A stretch of DNA of 64,000 nt. Source: Eremomyces bilateralis CBS 781.70. Taxonomy: Eukaryota. The translations under genes and the position numbers were made by a program. The stretch lies in the NCBI GenBank assembly GCA_010015585.1, contig ML975154.1. One strand, given 5' to 3'. Shown here piece after piece: positions 63,069 through 64,000 of this stretch. Numbering within the stretch: position 1 is the stretch's first letter; every line of letters begins with the position of its first letter. Under the pieces are notes generated by a model, which saw nothing but the letters and a program-made list of their open reading frames with translations, did not search any database and was not told the origin of the DNA.

Positions 63069-64000
63069 CTACCTGCCAGCAAAGACCTTGACAATATCAG
63101 ACAACGCGCCAAGCCATCCCCTAGCCTTTTGAACTATGTTGAGTAGGACTACCATGCGTCTCGTGAATACCTCGGAGTCTTCCCAGTCCTCAGCGTATGC
63201 CTCCCAGATTGCCTTCTCTTCACCGCCTTCTCCAGGCCCGAAACCGACAAATTTCCAATCCCCAGAATCTTCTTGCTTGACCCGGACCTTCGGGCCGATC
63301 ACCACAGAGCGACCAAGGATTCTCGAGTCCGCAGTCAGTCTCGTGGCCGCTTCGACAACGTCTTCCACCTTTCCATATGCTGCACCAGCCATGAGTAGAC
63401 GGGCTTCCGCTGGAACGATGGGAGTTTCAATGAAGTAAGGGCAAAGTAGGTTTACTCTCACGCCTTGTACGAAAGAGCTGCCTCGTAGGCACCTGAAGAG
63501 TCCAAGCACTCCATGTTTTGCCGTCCCGTACTGAGGCTGATTGGCGATAGGCCCTAGGGATGCCACGCTTCCAGTCAGGAGAAGTAATCGATCTCGTTTG
63601 AAGCTTGCATTCTCGGGATTGGCATTCACACTGCAATCGAGGCTGCCAGGGTTGTTTGGGAGGTAGTGAAAAGCAAGGTGCGAGGTGTACATGACGCCAA
63701 TGAGGTCGACCTCCAGGATCTTTAAGTTCGGTTTTTGAACTTCGCCATTGCGCACAACTGGCATTTGCATTGGATCGGTTCCTGCAATTCCAGCATTCGC
63801 GACCACCACATCTATCCCTTTGTGAGGGCTCAAGCGAACGGCTTCCTTGAACATCTGAACTTGAGCATCCCAGTCACAGACATCGCACTTGACGAACCAC
63901 ACATTCTCGTTCTTAGTTTCTAACCGGATCGAAGCAACAGTAGACGTTCCAAGCTTTTCATTGATATCTCCCACAACAATACTCGCGCCGGCTGCAGCCC
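63069..64000 (-). CDS. Short-chain dehydrogenase/reductase (5' end outside window)
   Basis: IVVGDIN, KCDVCDW, VVANAG, YGTAKHG (YxxxK), VRVNLLCP; the frame is open to the window edge. Confidence 0.9.
   Translation of the reverse strand, partial: AAAGASIVVGDINEKLGTSTVASIRLETKNENVWFVKCDVCDWDAQVQMFKEAVRLSPHKGIDVVVANAGIAGTDPMQMPVVRNGEVQKPNLKILEVDLIGVMYTSHLAFHYLPNNPGSLDCSVNANPENASFKRDRLLLLTGSVASLGPIANQPQYGTAKHGVLGLFRCLRGSSFVQGVRVNLLCPYFIETPIVPAEARLLMAGAAYGKVEDVVEAATRLTADSRILGRSVVIGPKVRVKQEDSGDWKFVGFGPGEGGEEKAIWEAYAEDWEDSEVFTRRMVVLLNIVQKARGWLGALSDIVKVFAGR

Noticed and set aside
58782..64000. NTF2-like + MFS + SDR as a metabolic gene cluster
   Set aside because: No backbone enzyme or cluster TF is visible and the window ends here; cannot be supported without flanking sequence.

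Overview
Gene-dense, intron-containing eukaryotic DNA from a filamentous ascomycete (Pezizomycotina-type GT..CTAAC..AG introns, standard code); no prokaryotic features and no CRISPR. Left to right: a degenerate pogo/Fot1-type DNA transposon with both TIRs; VPS60; RIB3; a large Zn(II)2Cys6 transcription factor; a cupin; RAM1; a Dabb-barrel protein; a small dsRBD-like protein; CDC24; an FWD-1/beta-TrCP-like F-box-WD40 protein; a secreted SGNH (CE3-like) esterase; NPP1; an amidoligase-like pseudogene; a low-complexity hypothetical protein; YOS9; JAC1; a four-exon gene with a CxxC..CxxC (Yippee/Mis18-like) domain and an AT-hook, whose 5' exons lie behind a 991-nt intron and are missed by the ORF track; REX1; an AlkB dioxygenase; SPB4; tRNA-Lys(CTT); FRG1; GLC8; an NTF2/SnoaL-like protein; an MFS sugar porter; and a partial SDR. 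I see no convincing novel multi-gene system. The best leads are the hidden Mis18-like gene, a phosphomimetic degron-like motif in the F-box protein's own N-terminus, and a series of apparent G:C->A:T lesions at critical positions of single-copy genes. All family calls come from motif recognition by eye; no searches were run.
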